Assembly (NCBI GenBank): GCA_016927325.1
Contig: JAFGMY010000079.1
Coordinates: 1 to 54,921, forward strand
Direction: 5' to 3'
DNA length: 54,921 nt
Origin: Actinomycetota bacterium
GTDB lineage: Bacteria; Actinomycetota; Geothermincolia; Fen-727; Anoxymicrobiaceae
In this document: one piece after another, positions 10,792-22,025 of the stretch
How positions within the stretch are numbered: position 1 is the first letter of the stretch
Layout of the letters: each line of letters opens with the position of its first letter
The notes under the pieces: generated by a model
Databases searched by the model: none
What the model was told of the DNA's origin: nothing
What the model saw: the letters and a program-made list of their open reading frames with translations, nothing else
Position numbers and translations under genes: made by a program

Positions 10792-10909
10792 TGAATGATG
10801 AATGACGAGATGTGAGAATTTCCGGTTGCGGCATTGATGAGTGCTTTAATTATGTCGGATTGTTGTTTTTCCTACCGCCATTCCGCGTTCATCTTTCATT
10901 CATTCCCGG

Positions 10910-12907
10910 TTACCGGCTTCTTAGCAGCATGTAAATTCTGGGCAGTCCGGAAGGAAGGTCCTGTATGCTCTTTACCACCATGTAATTTCGAGGTGGGGTA
11001 ATGCTTCGCATATAGTCGTGGGCGGTGTCGACCGAGATGCAGAACGGCAGTATTCCATGTGTTTCAGCCTCGAGAAGGGCTTTGGCCGTGTCCCTCAGAC
11101 CGTACTCCCTGTCAAAACGGTTCTCTCCGTAATCGATATCCTGTGGAAACCCGTCACTTAAGATAATCAGGAGCTTTAATGAGGTGGGTTCCGCCGCCAA
11201 TATGTGGTAGGCGTGGCGCACCGCGGCTCCCATCCTGGTGCTTCTCTGCGGCTGAATTGTACCCATACTCTCAAGGGTCCTGTTGTCGAGAGGCTTGTCG
11301 AAATGTTTGATTTCCAGGAACTCGACTTTTTCCCTTCCGAAACCGGAAAAGCCGTATACCGAGTAGCGGTCCCCCAACTGCTCCAGCGCTTTTCCCATAA
11401 TGGCCGAACCTGAAAGCAGAATCTGGAGAACAGTGTCACCCTTATGTTTTCCTTCTTCGATCTCATAGGAGGTCGAGGCACTCATATCCAGAAGCAGCAG
11501 CGCGCTGACCTCCCGCCCGCTGATGCGTTTTTCCATATAGATCTTCTCGGAGGGGCTGCCGCCGCTTCTTCGGTCGACCCTGTTTCTAATAACCTGGTCC
11601 AGGTCTATTTCCTGTCCGTCTTTAAGCCTTTTACGCCAGGCGAACTCTTCATGCCGGAGCATGCGGAACTGCTTCGATACTTCCTTGACGACCTCTTCCC
11701 ATCCGTCTAAAGGGTTTCCGGGAGCGCCCTTTTTACCAGGGAGACGGCTCATTGTGTAAACGGTTACCCAGTTGCGCCGGTATCCGTTTCCCAGGTAGTC
11801 CCATTCAGGGTAGAGAATGGGTCTTCCGATCAGATCTTCATCTTCAACGTGCTGTCCCCGCATCCTTACCGGTTTTCTGTTGTCGAGGTCGGGGTCGTAC
11901 CTTGCGTCACGGCTCTCAATTTTTCCCGGCACTACGTTGGATTTGTCGCTGTCCGCATTTTCATCGAGTTTCAGTTCGCGGAAGTTGAGTTGCTTCATCG
12001 ATTCGGCCAGCTTGTCATCTCTGCGCCCACTGCCGGCCTCCAGGTTGCTCAGGAAAAAATCCCGTGCTCTTCTAGGCCTCGCCGAGTCCAGGTCGTCGTC
12101 GCCCCTGGATCTTGTTCGATACATTGAGTCATCCGGATCGCAGTTTCCGATGAGCATGGGTTCAAGCACCGGGTAGATACTCGCGGTAATGTGGAGGATG
12201 TCCTGAAAACTGGTATCGGGTTCGGTACACGGTCCGGCCATTTCAATAATAGACACCAGGAACTCGTCGAGCATTATGTTCGAGGGCAGATCGAGGAGTT
12301 CCATCACCGCGTCCCAGAGTACACCGCTCGGCTCGTCAGGTTGCACCGACATTAAGGCTATTTGCGGCAGGAACCAGGACAGCTCTTCTTTAAGGCCCCT
12401 GTAATTCCGTGTGACATTTGCGGTAATCCTGGTTGTTTCAAGCGCTGTTAATATGTCACAGGCAAGTCCCGGTATGGGAAACTGCTTGACAAAGAAACGG
12501 ATCCAGGTCATCGGATCGTTCTCACTTTTACTCCAGGTCCTGCCAAGCAGGGATTTGACCTGCCCGGGGTCCGGACGGTCGAAAGTGCCGTACTCCCACT
12601 GGGCGGCTTGAATAGCCGCGTACAGGCGGGCTATCCGCCAGTTTCCCTCATAAGTCGGCAGAACGTTCAGGGTTCTCGGCAGGAAAACCTCTCTTCCGCT
12701 GCTGAACGGAAATATCCTGAACATGCTTGCCAGAACCGGTGGAGCTTCATCCAGCGGTACAGGCTCGAGGTATTTTCCGGAGATTTCCTTTGAGAACAGG
12801 GAGAGAACCGGCCCCGCGTCCTCGAGGTATACCGCGTTATCGAGAGGCTCTTCCCCGTCTTCGGACGCCGCGGGCTGGTAAATAATAATATTCAAGGGAG
12901 AAGTCAT
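10910..12907 (-). CDS. NorD/CbbO-like VWA-domain protein
   Basis: YPEWDY, DGQEIDLD, MIDAS DMSAS, TRMGAAVRH, LSDGFPQD. Confidence 0.88.
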   Translation of the reverse strand: MTSPLNIIIYQPAASEDGEEPLDNAVYLEDAGPVLSLFSKEISGKYLEPVPLDEAPPVLASMFRIFPFSSGREVFLPRTLNVLPTYEGNWRIARLYAAIQAAQWEYGTFDRPDPGQVKSLLGRTWSKSENDPMTWIRFFVKQFPIPGLACDILTALETTRITANVTRNYRGLKEELSWFLPQIALMSVQPDEPSGVLWDAVMELLDLPSNIMLDEFLVSIIEMAGPCTEPDTSFQDILHITASIYPVLEPMLIGNCDPDDSMYRTRSRGDDDLDSARPRRARDFFLSNLEAGSGRRDDKLAESMKQLNFRELKLDENADSDKSNVVPGKIESRDARYDPDLDNRKPVRMRGQHVEDEDLIGRPILYPEWDYLGNGYRRNWVTVYTMSRLPGKKGAPGNPLDGWEEVVKEVSKQFRMLRHEEFAWRKRLKDGQEIDLDQVIRNRVDRRSGGSPSEKIYMEKRISGREVSALLLLDMSASTSYEIEEGKHKGDTVLQILLSGSAIMGKALEQLGDRYSVYGFSGFGREKVEFLEIKHFDKPLDNRTLESMGTIQPQRSTRMGAAVRHAYHILAAEPTSLKLLIILSDGFPQDIDYGENRFDREYGLRDTAKALLEAETHGILPFCISVDTAHDYMRSITPPRNYMVVKSIQDLPSGLPRIYMLLRSR

Positions 12908-12922
12908 TTTTGCGCTCCGGGC

Positions 12923-13804
12923 TTATGCGGGGAATACCGCTGAAACGAGGTCGCGGATTGCCTGGCGGGCGACAGGGTCGTCACTGACCGACGATACGAG
13001 AGCGGTCTCGCAGGCCCGCCTTGGTTTAACTCCTTCACCGATCAACCTTCCGGTATAGATCAGCAGCCTTGTTGAGGGTCCTTCATCCATTCCGCTCGAG
13101 TCAAGCAGCCTTGACCTCTTTCCGATCTGGGCAAGTTCCAGCGCCGTGTTATCGTCTATCTCAGCTTCAGCAGCGATTATCCTGGCTTCGGTCGCGAGTT
13201 CGGGATACTGGAAATCTATTGCCGCGAACCTGTGCCGGGTGCTGACCTTCAGATCTTTCAGCAGGCTCTGGTAACCAGGATTATAAGAAACCACCAGGAG
13301 GAAGTCGGGATGGGCCTGGATTACGGTGCCCTTCTTTTCCACCGGCAGCAACCTCCGGTGGTCGGCAAGGGGATGAATAAGGACCAGGGTGTCTTTCCTT
13401 GCTTCCACCACCTCGTCCAGGTAACAAATGGCGCCTGACTTGACCGCGGCGGTCAGAGGTCCGTCCACCCACACGGTTTCGTCGGCCTTCAGGATATAGC
13501 GTCCTACCAGGTCGCCGGCGGTCAGGTCCTCATGACAGGCGACAGTTATCAGTGGGAGGGGCGCTCCTTCTTTTTTACTGAGTTTCCACGCCATGAACTC
13601 CAGAAACCGCGTTTTTCCGCAGCCGGTCGGGCCTTTCAGGATAATCGGTATTCGTGCGTTATATGCCGAGGTGAATATCTCAATCTCGTCCCGGACGGGC
13701 TCGTAGAACGGCTCTTCCTCGAGAATGCTTTCACCGTAAGCGATTTCTACAGCTTGGTTTGTTATCTCTTTCGCACTCAATTTTTCACGTCCTTCTGTGT
13801 TCAA
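12923..13804 (-). CDS. CbbQ/NirQ/NorQ family MoxR AAA+ ATPase
   Basis: GPTGCGKT, CHEDLTAGDLVGRY, YLDEVVEARKDT, SYNPGYQ, STRLLIY. Confidence 0.93.
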   Translation of the reverse strand: MNTEGREKLSAKEITNQAVEIAYGESILEEEPFYEPVRDEIEIFTSAYNARIPIILKGPTGCGKTRFLEFMAWKLSKKEGAPLPLITVACHEDLTAGDLVGRYILKADETVWVDGPLTAAVKSGAICYLDEVVEARKDTLVLIHPLADHRRLLPVEKKGTVIQAHPDFLLVVSYNPGYQSLLKDLKVSTRHRFAAIDFQYPELATEARIIAAEAEIDDNTALELAQIGKRSRLLDSSGMDEGPSTRLLIYTGRLIGEGVKPRRACETALVSSVSDDPVARQAIRDLVSAVFPA

Positions 13805-14025
13805 TATTTAGATTGATTATATCCGATTGCGGGCATCGTTTTACTAAAAGCCGGACATTCGGCAGACTGGAGTCGACCCGCATGCCCGAAAAAGGCGACT
13901 GAAATTCTGATTGTTCTGAATGTCGTCGGGGAAACTGCTAGCGATATTCGGAAACTGGTGCCCGCCGCGTTGCAGCGTGGTCCCTCAAGCGGTATTATGA
14001 GAGTCATCAGACGGGATGGTGAAAA

Positions 14026-14919
14026 TTGGAAGAAAAAACAAAAAAAGGAACTGATTCTGTAAAAAGAGGCCTCGCTGAGATGCTCAAAGGCGGGGTGATA
14101 ATGGATGTCACGACCGCGGATCAGGCCAGGATCGCCGAGGATGCGGGCGCGGTCGCGGTTATGGCACTGGAAAGGGTTCCGGCGGACATTAGGGCCGAGG
14201 GTGGAGTGGCGCGGATGGCGGACCCCGCTGTCATTGAAGAGATAATGAAGGTGGTAACGATTCCGGTAATGGCGAAATGCCGGATCGGCCATTTCGCGGA
14301 GGCCCGCTCACTTGAAGCTATCGGCGTGGATTACATCGACGAGAGCGAAGTTCTTACGCCGGCCGACGAGAGTAATCATGTCGACAAGCACCAGTTCAAA
14401 GTGCCGTTTGTCTGTGGAGCCATCAACCTCGGGGAAGCGTTGCGCCGCATCAGTGAAGGTGCCGCAATGATTAGAACCAAAGGCGAAGCGGGGACAGGAA
14501 ATGTTGTTGAAGCGGTGCGCCACATGAGGGCGATTACATCTGAAATCAGGCGCCTCGGCACGCTGCGCGATGATGAACTGATGGCAGCCGCCAAGGAGTT
14601 GCGCTCGCCTTATGAGCTTGTTGTGGAAGTGTCCCGCAACAGTGAGCTGCCGGTTGTGAATTTCTCGGCCGGTGGGATCGCTACACCGGCGGACGCAGCG
14701 CTGATGATGCATCTTGGGGCGGACGGTGTTTTTGTGGGGTCGGGCATATTCAAGTCCGGGGAGCCGGGCAGGATGGCGGATGCGATCGTTCAAGCTACAA
14801 CCCATTACGAGGACGCCGGACTTATCGCCCGGGTTTCAAAGGGGCTGGGTGAACCGATGAAGGGTCTCGAGATAGGGGAGATCGATAAGGAGAACTTGAT
14901 TCAATTCCGTGGCTGGTAG
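14026..14919 (+). CDS. pdxS: Pyridoxal 5'-phosphate synthase lyase subunit
   Basis: [38 protein letters not shown]. Confidence 0.98.
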   Translation: MEEKTKKGTDSVKRGLAEMLKGGVIMDVTTADQARIAEDAGAVAVMALERVPADIRAEGGVARMADPAVIEEIMKVVTIPVMAKCRIGHFAEARSLEAIGVDYIDESEVLTPADESNHVDKHQFKVPFVCGAINLGEALRRISEGAAMIRTKGEAGTGNVVEAVRHMRAITSEIRRLGTLRDDELMAAAKELRSPYELVVEVSRNSELPVVNFSAGGIATPADAALMMHLGADGVFVGSGIFKSGEPGRMADAIVQATTHYEDAGLIARVSKGLGEPMKGLEIGEIDKENLIQFRGW

Positions 14920-14923
14920 AGAA

Positions 14924-15517
14924 ATGAGAATCGGTGTTCTGGCTCTTCAGGGAGCGGTCCGGGAACACCTTGAAATGATAGAAAACTGTGGAGCCCGGGG
15001 GGAAGCGGTAAAACTCCCATCCGGGCTTAACGGCATTAACGGCCTAGTTATTCCCGGAGGAGAAAGCACTACAATCGGAAAACTTATTGAAAAGTACGGT
15101 TTTTCTGATTCCCTGATAAAATTGGGTACAAGCGGGGTTCCTGTGTTCGGTACCTGTGCGGGCCTGATACTGCTGGCCGGAAGAGTGCTGGAGCGTCGAG
15201 CCCCGACACTGGAGCTTGCTGACGTAACGGTCAAGCGGAACGCTTTCGGGCGGCAGGTGGACTCTTTCGAGCAGGATATCAGGGTCTCCGGTATTGAGGA
15301 TGAGGACAGGCCTTTCCGGGCCGTTTTTATAAGGGCGCCGGTAATAACTGAAGTGGGTCCCGGGGTGGAGGTCATGGCCGGTCTGGAGCATGGGATTGTT
15401 ATGGCGCGCGACAGGCATTACCTGATGGGGGCCTTTCACCCCGAATTGACTGGCGACAAGAGGATTCACCAGTATTTCATCAATATGGTTTCAAGGGCGT
15501 GTCCGGGAGCTGCTTAG
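14924..15517 (+). CDS. pdxT: PLP synthase glutaminase subunit
   Basis: GVLALQG, PGGESTT, GTCAGLI, FHPEL. Confidence 0.97.
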   Translation: MRIGVLALQGAVREHLEMIENCGARGEAVKLPSGLNGINGLVIPGGESTTIGKLIEKYGFSDSLIKLGTSGVPVFGTCAGLILLAGRVLERRAPTLELADVTVKRNAFGRQVDSFEQDIRVSGIEDEDRPFRAVFIRAPVITEVGPGVEVMAGLEHGIVMARDRHYLMGAFHPELTGDKRIHQYFINMVSRACPGAA

Positions 15518-15668
15518 CGCTTGAACTGAAGGTGTTTCTGGTCTGAAAGCCTATTTGCGATGATTGAGGGTCCAGGTGGATGCAAACCGGGCGCCAAGGG
15601 CCGGAGTGAAGAGAACGGCGTGGGTTTCAAAGTCGGAAGCGGAACAAAATTTCAGATGGAGGTTAAAG

Positions 15669-16433
15669 ATGTCAGGGCATTCCAAGTGGCATTCCATAAA
15701 GCATAAAAAGTCCAAGGAAGATGCCAGGAGGGGAAAGCTTTTCGGCAAGCTTGCGCATAAGATAATGATCGCAGCCCGGGAGGGAGGCGGCAACCCGGAC
15801 ATGAATGCGTCTCTGGCGCTTGCCATAGAAACGGCGAAGAGCAACAGCATGCCCATGGAGAATATTAAAAGAGCTATCGCCAGAGGGACGGGTGAGGCTG
15901 GAGCGGGCCAGCAGCTTGAAGAGATGAGTTTTGAAGGGTACGGTGACGCCGGAGTGGCCATCATTGCGGAGGTGCTGACCGACAACAGAAACCGGGCCGC
16001 CGCTGACGTGCGAAAGGTTTTCAACCGGGCGGGGGCAAAGCTTGGTGAAACCGGGTCGGTTGCCTGGATGTTTGAGAAGAAGGGCGTCTTTCTCATCGAA
16101 AAGGAGTGCGGGTGTGATGAGGATGACCTGCTTGCCGTTGCGCTTGAAGCGGGGGCGGACGATCTAAGAAGCGAGGGTGACCTCTGGGAGATAGTGACCG
16201 ACGTAGAGCATTTTCACAGTGTCAGGAAATCACTGGATGAATCCGGGATAAGACCGGAAACCTCCGAGTTGACGCTGATTCCGAAGAATACGATAAAAAT
16301 CGAGAAAGATTCGGCGAAAAAGGTCCTGAGGCTCATAGAGTCGTTAGAGGATCTTGACGACGTTCACGATGTATACGCCAATTTCGATATCCCCGATGAA
16401 TGGATGGAAGAAGAAGCGGCCTCAATGGATTAG
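15669..16433 (+). CDS. yebC: YebC/PmpR (TACO1) family protein
   Basis: MSGHSKWHSIKHKK, LTDNRNR, DDVHDVYAN. Confidence 0.96.
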   Translation: MSGHSKWHSIKHKKSKEDARRGKLFGKLAHKIMIAAREGGGNPDMNASLALAIETAKSNSMPMENIKRAIARGTGEAGAGQQLEEMSFEGYGDAGVAIIAEVLTDNRNRAAADVRKVFNRAGAKLGETGSVAWMFEKKGVFLIEKECGCDEDDLLAVALEAGADDLRSEGDLWEIVTDVEHFHSVRKSLDESGIRPETSELTLIPKNTIKIEKDSAKKVLRLIESLEDLDDVHDVYANFDIPDEWMEEEAASMD

Positions 16434-16456
16434 GGATTCAAGGATGGAGGACACTG

Positions 16457-16948
16457 TTGAGGGTCCTGGGAATCGATCCGGGAATAACCAATACCGGTTA
16501 TGGACTGGTGGTTGAAGAGGCCGGCCGAATGAGTGCGGTGCACCACGGGTCGATAAAAACACGCTCCAGCGATAATATGTCACGCCGCCTTGATATTCTC
16601 TACAGGCGGCTGATTGAGGTCATCGGGGACCTCGCCCCCGACACGGTGGTGATTGAAGACTTGTTTTTCAACACCAACCTGAAAACGGCTGTCGCGGTAG
16701 GGCAGGCCAGGGGTGTAATACTGCTGGCTTGCGAACACTCGAATGTCGTTTGGGCGCAGTATACTCCCCTGCAGGTGAAACAGGCGGTGGCGGGCAATGG
16801 GAACGCCACTAAAGACCAGGTCCAGTTTATGGTGGAAGCACTTCTTTGCATGAAGGATGCGACAATGAGTTCTCACGCGGCTGATGCTCTGGCGATGGCG
16901 ATTTGCCACCTCCAGTCCAGGAGGTTTCGCGAGATGACGGGAAGTTGA
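16457..16948 (+). CDS. ruvC: Holliday junction resolvase RuvC
   Basis: LGIDPG, EDLFF, GQARG, ADALAMAICH; TTG start after GGAGG. Confidence 0.96.
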   Translation: MRVLGIDPGITNTGYGLVVEEAGRMSAVHHGSIKTRSSDNMSRRLDILYRRLIEVIGDLAPDTVVIEDLFFNTNLKTAVAVGQARGVILLACEHSNVVWAQYTPLQVKQAVAGNGNATKDQVQFMVEALLCMKDATMSSHAADALAMAICHLQSRRFREMTGS

Positions 16949-16955
16949 TCGAGCG

Positions 16956-17549
16956 GTGATATCGTACCTGGAAGGGAAAATAATTGAGAAGGGTCCGGAC
17001 CATCTGGTCGTATTGACGGGTGGCATCGGCTATGAGGTCCGCGTGCCGGCATGCACGGTTGAAAAAGCCCCGCCGGTTGGAGATAAAGCCGTTCTCCACA
17101 CTTACCTGCAGGTGAGACAGGATGCGATACAGTTATATGGGTTCGACTCCGCGCGATCGAGGGATCTGTTTGTGAAACTGACTTCGGTGTCGGGGTTCGG
17201 ATCGGCAAAAGCGCTCTCGGTCCTTTCCATATTCTCGCCCGAAGGTTTTGAAAAAGTCGTAAGCAGTGGTGACGCGGAGGCGCTTACGGTAATACCCGGC
17301 GTCGGCAAGAAAAGCGCCCAGCGCCTGGTTCTGGAGATGAAGGACAAGGTCGAGTCGGTTTACGATGATATACCCGGCCTCGATGAGCCTGAACGCGTGG
17401 TGTTCGTGGAAGCCCTTGAAGCCCTGGTCCAACTCGGGTATTCCCGACCCGAAGCCCGGACCGCGATCGGCAAATACCCGTTCAACGAGAGGGAAGCGTG
17501 TGTTGAAGAGATCCTGCACTTTGTATTAAGGCGGATGGACCAAACCTGA
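16956..17549 (+). CDS. ruvA: Holliday junction branch migration protein RuvA
   Basis: MISYLEG, GGIGYEV, LYGF, IPGVGKKSAQRLVLEMKDK. Confidence 0.96.
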   Translation: MISYLEGKIIEKGPDHLVVLTGGIGYEVRVPACTVEKAPPVGDKAVLHTYLQVRQDAIQLYGFDSARSRDLFVKLTSVSGFGSAKALSVLSIFSPEGFEKVVSSGDAEALTVIPGVGKKSAQRLVLEMKDKVESVYDDIPGLDEPERVVFVEALEALVQLGYSRPEARTAIGKYPFNEREACVEEILHFVLRRMDQT

Positions 17550-17562
17550 AAGGTGATAAACG

Positions 17563-18588
17563 GTGGATGAAAGGGAAAGCGGTGTGACGGCGGGATTGCT
17601 GTCCGAAGAGGAAAGGGCTCTGGATCTAACCCTGAGGCCCCGTTCCCTGGGTGAGTTCATCGGGCAGAACGCCAATAAGGAACAGCTTCAGATTTTCATC
17701 AAGGCCGCTCTGCAGCGCAGGGACGTTCTGGACCATGTTCTTCTTTCCGGTCCGCCCGGCCTGGGAAAGACAACCCTCGCGTATATTATTGCCAGTGAAA
17801 TGGGAGTAAGCCTGAGGGTGACCAGCGGCCCCGCGATCGAAAGGCAGGGAGACCTTGCCGCGATACTTACTAATCTCCAGCCGGGTGATGTCCTTTTCAT
17901 AGACGAGATACACCGCCTTCCGAGAACCGTAGAGGAAATTCTCTACCCCGCAATGGAAGATTTCCAGATTGACATTGTGATAGGGAAAGGTCCTGGAGCG
18001 CGCTCGGTAAGGCTTGAGCTCCCAAGGTTCACGTTGATCGGGGCAACTACCCGGGCAGGCCTGATTACCGGCCCACTCCTTACCCGGTTCGGGGTGTCAT
18101 GCCGACTCAACTACTACCCTGTGGAGGAGATGGAGTCGATAATAGTCCGGGCCGCCGGCATCCTGAATGTCGAGGTGGACGAGGAGGGTTCACATGAGGT
18201 TGCGAGGAGATCGAGGGGAACGCCGAGGGTGGGCAACCGGCTGCTGAGAAGAGTGAGAGATTTTGCGGAGGTGGAAGCGGACCGGGTTATCACCGGTAGC
18301 GTAGCAAAACAAGCTATGTCGCTCCTGCGGATCGATGATATGGGTCTCGATGTCCTGGACAAGGCAATCCTCGAGACCGTTATCGATAAGTTTTCCGGTG
18401 GGCCGGTGGGCTTGAAGACGCTGGCCGCGTCGGTGGGTGAGGAGCCCGACACCCTGGAGGATGTGTATGAGCCATACCTGATGCAGATCGGCTTCCTCAA
18501 GAGAACTCCCAGGGGAAGGGTGGTAACCCCGAGGGCTTCCGAGCACATGGGAAGAGATATTACCGGCGAGGGGGAAAGCCTCTTCTAG
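17563..18588 (+). CDS. ruvB: Holliday junction helicase RuvB
   Basis: [28 protein letters not shown]. Confidence 0.98.
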   Translation: MDERESGVTAGLLSEEERALDLTLRPRSLGEFIGQNANKEQLQIFIKAALQRRDVLDHVLLSGPPGLGKTTLAYIIASEMGVSLRVTSGPAIERQGDLAAILTNLQPGDVLFIDEIHRLPRTVEEILYPAMEDFQIDIVIGKGPGARSVRLELPRFTLIGATTRAGLITGPLLTRFGVSCRLNYYPVEEMESIIVRAAGILNVEVDEEGSHEVARRSRGTPRVGNRLLRRVRDFAEVEADRVITGSVAKQAMSLLRIDDMGLDVLDKAILETVIDKFSGGPVGLKTLAASVGEEPDTLEDVYEPYLMQIGFLKRTPRGRVVTPRASEHMGRDITGEGESLF

Positions 18589-18612
18589 GCCGTTATTCAT
18601 GAGGCGAATACC

Positions 18613-19200
18613 ATGAAGATACTACTGCATACATGCTGCGCGCCATGTTTGATACATCCCCTGAGGGTGTTGTCGGAACGAGGCTATGAAGTTGTTCCGT
18701 ATTTTTATAACCCTAATATACAGCCGTTCAGAGAGTACCGCCAAAGGTATTTTACGGTTCTGGATTACTGCCGTGCGAAAGGGCTCGAGCTTCGTACCGG
18801 CCCTTACGAAATGGAAAGGTTCCTTTTGGAGTTGTCCGGCGCAGCGGCAAGGGTTGCGCTGAACGGCACCGTTGCCGGCCCGGGCGGGGCCACGGACCGG
18901 TGCGCCGGGTGCTACCGTATCAGACTGGGACGTACCGCGGCGGTCGCGCGCACTCTCGGCATCGGGGATTTCACGTCAACCCTTCTGGTGAGCCCATACC
19001 AGGACCAGTCAACAATAAGAAAAGTCGGGGAGGATGTTTCAATAGAGAACGGCGTAATGTTTCTTTTTGAAGATATGAGCGATGGCTTCAGGGAAGCTTC
19101 CCGTCAGTCCCGGGACATGGGGATGTACCGGCAATCATACTGCGGATGCGTTTACAGCGAAAAAGAAAGATACCAGAAAAACGACCCACCTTTGAAATGA
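18613..19200 (+). CDS. queH: Epoxyqueuosine reductase QueH (DUF208)
   Basis: LLHTCCAPC, YNPNIQP, RCAGCY, YRQSYCGCVYS. Confidence 0.92.
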   Translation: MKILLHTCCAPCLIHPLRVLSERGYEVVPYFYNPNIQPFREYRQRYFTVLDYCRAKGLELRTGPYEMERFLLELSGAAARVALNGTVAGPGGATDRCAGCYRIRLGRTAAVARTLGIGDFTSTLLVSPYQDQSTIRKVGEDVSIENGVMFLFEDMSDGFREASRQSRDMGMYRQSYCGCVYSEKERYQKNDPPLK

Positions 19201-20219
19201 AGACCGATCTTTTTGACTACCCTTTTTCCAGGGATCTCATAGCACAGGAGCCCCTCCAATACCGTGACGACAGCAGGCTTATGCTGGTTGAGCGGGATAC
19301 CGGCGGGATAAGCCATCATGGGTTCAAAGACCTTCCCGGACTTCTAAAAAAAGGCGATTGCCTTGTTTTTAACAACTCCAGGGTCATGCCCTCACGGCTT
19401 GACGCCGTAAAGGAACCGACAGGGGGTTCGGTGGAACTCCTGCTTCTTATGGAACTTTCTCAAGGCAGATGGAGCGTCCTTTCCAGGGGTGCCTCGATCA
19501 GGCGGGGGGTGGCGTTGTCTTTTCCGGGAAGTGAGGTCACCGCGCTTGTAACAGACGGCCCTGTTGAAGGAAAATCAACTGTACGTTTTAGAATGCCTGG
19601 CGACAGTCAAGCCGACCTGAAGGCGGAGTTGTTCAAGATAGGAAAAGTCCCGCTCCCTCCTTATATTGACAATAATGGGATAAACGGCGAGCGATACCAG
19701 ACGGTCTTCAGCAACAGAGAGATTTCCGCGGCGGCTCCAACAGCGGGCCTTCATTTTACGGACAACCTGATCTCCGAGATCAGGAGAAAGAAAGTAAGCG
19801 TCGCGGATCTTGAGCTCGCTGTCGGAGTTGATACCTTTATACCCATCAGAGAAGAGGACATCGAAGACCACGAGATTCACCGCGAGTGGTTCTCGGTGGG
19901 AGACGATTGCGCACGAGCGATTAACAGTGCGGAACGGGTGGTGGCTGTGGGCACAACTTCGATGAGAGCGCTCGAATCGGCCAGATATGAAAATGGAGAG
20001 CTGTTTTCGACCACCGGGTTTACGGACCTCTATATAACGCCCGGTTACACCTTCCACGTCGTCCGGGCGATGATAACCAATTTTCATTTTCCCCGTTCGA
20101 CGCTGATGGTGCTTGTAAGCGCGTTCGCCGGCAGGGAGCTTGTGCAAAAGGCTTATAATGAGGCAATTCGTGAAGGTTACAGGTTTTTTTCATTCGGAGA
20201 CGCGATGTTGGTGATATAG
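19197..20219 (+). CDS. queA: S-adenosylmethionine:tRNA ribosyltransferase-isomerase
   Basis: PLPPYI, RYQTVF, AAPTAGLHFT, TNFHFPRSTL, YRFFSFGDAM. Confidence 0.97.
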   Translation: MKTDLFDYPFSRDLIAQEPLQYRDDSRLMLVERDTGGISHHGFKDLPGLLKKGDCLVFNNSRVMPSRLDAVKEPTGGSVELLLLMELSQGRWSVLSRGASIRRGVALSFPGSEVTALVTDGPVEGKSTVRFRMPGDSQADLKAELFKIGKVPLPPYIDNNGINGERYQTVFSNREISAAAPTAGLHFTDNLISEIRRKKVSVADLELAVGVDTFIPIREEDIEDHEIHREWFSVGDDCARAINSAERVVAVGTTSMRALESARYENGELFSTTGFTDLYITPGYTFHVVRAMITNFHFPRSTLMVLVSAFAGRELVQKAYNEAIREGYRFFSFGDAMLVI

Positions 20220-21365
<1,146 letters not shown>

Positions 21366-21442
21366 CAAAAGGTGACCGGTTCTATTATGATAGGTGGGTT
21401 AAAAAAGTGGATTCTCGACATCGATCGAAAGGACGATAGGAA

Positions 21443-21889
21443 ATGATCGGATATCTTATGGGTTTACTGGCGTCCAGCCCGGCGGTTCTGGTGGCGCAGA
21501 AAAGTTCGTCAAGCGAACAGACCTCCGCTTTCGGCAGTCAGTGGATGATGCTCGTTATTATTGCTGTAATGGTGGGAGTGTTTTACTTCCTGATTATGAG
21601 GCCCCAGCGGAAAAAAGCTCAGCAGCAGGAGGATATGCTCAAGAAGCTGGAGAAGGGCGACGAGGTCGTTTCGATAGGGGGCATTCACGGTGTAATAAAG
21701 AAAATCAACGACGACACCGCGGTGATTGAAGTCGACAAGGGTGTAACTATGACCCTCAACCGCTCAGCGATATCCAGAAGCCTGACGGTTCGCGAAGAGG
21801 AAGAAGAAGTTGAGGAAGAAGAAGTTGAGGAAGAAGAAGTTGAGGAAGAAGAGATAGAAGAGGATATCGATGAGGAAGAAGAGGAGTAA
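21443..21889 (+). CDS. yajC: Preprotein translocase subunit YajC with poly-Glu tail
   Basis: FYFLIMRPQRKK, GDEVVSIGGIHG; lies between tgt and secD. Confidence 0.95.
   Translation: MIGYLMGLLASSPAVLVAQKSSSSEQTSAFGSQWMMLVIIAVMVGVFYFLIMRPQRKKAQQQEDMLKKLEKGDEVVSIGGIHGVIKKINDDTAVIEVDKGVTMTLNRSAISRSLTVREEEEEVEEEEVEEEEVEEEEIEEDIDEEEEE
21797..21852 (+). repeat. 15-bp tandem repeat in yajC (EEEEV)
   Basis: GAGGAAGAAGAAGTT three times perfectly, plus a partial copy. Confidence 0.9.
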
Positions 21890-22025
21890 CTATTACTTGC
21901 GGTGTCTTTCAAGCTTGTAGTTGCTGTCGGCCGGATTTGATGGTTTTGAAAACAAAAAGCGCGTAAAGCCGTTTTGAAGGAGGCGGGGCGGCCGGGTTTA
22001 AACCGGTTGCAATAATTGATCAGCT

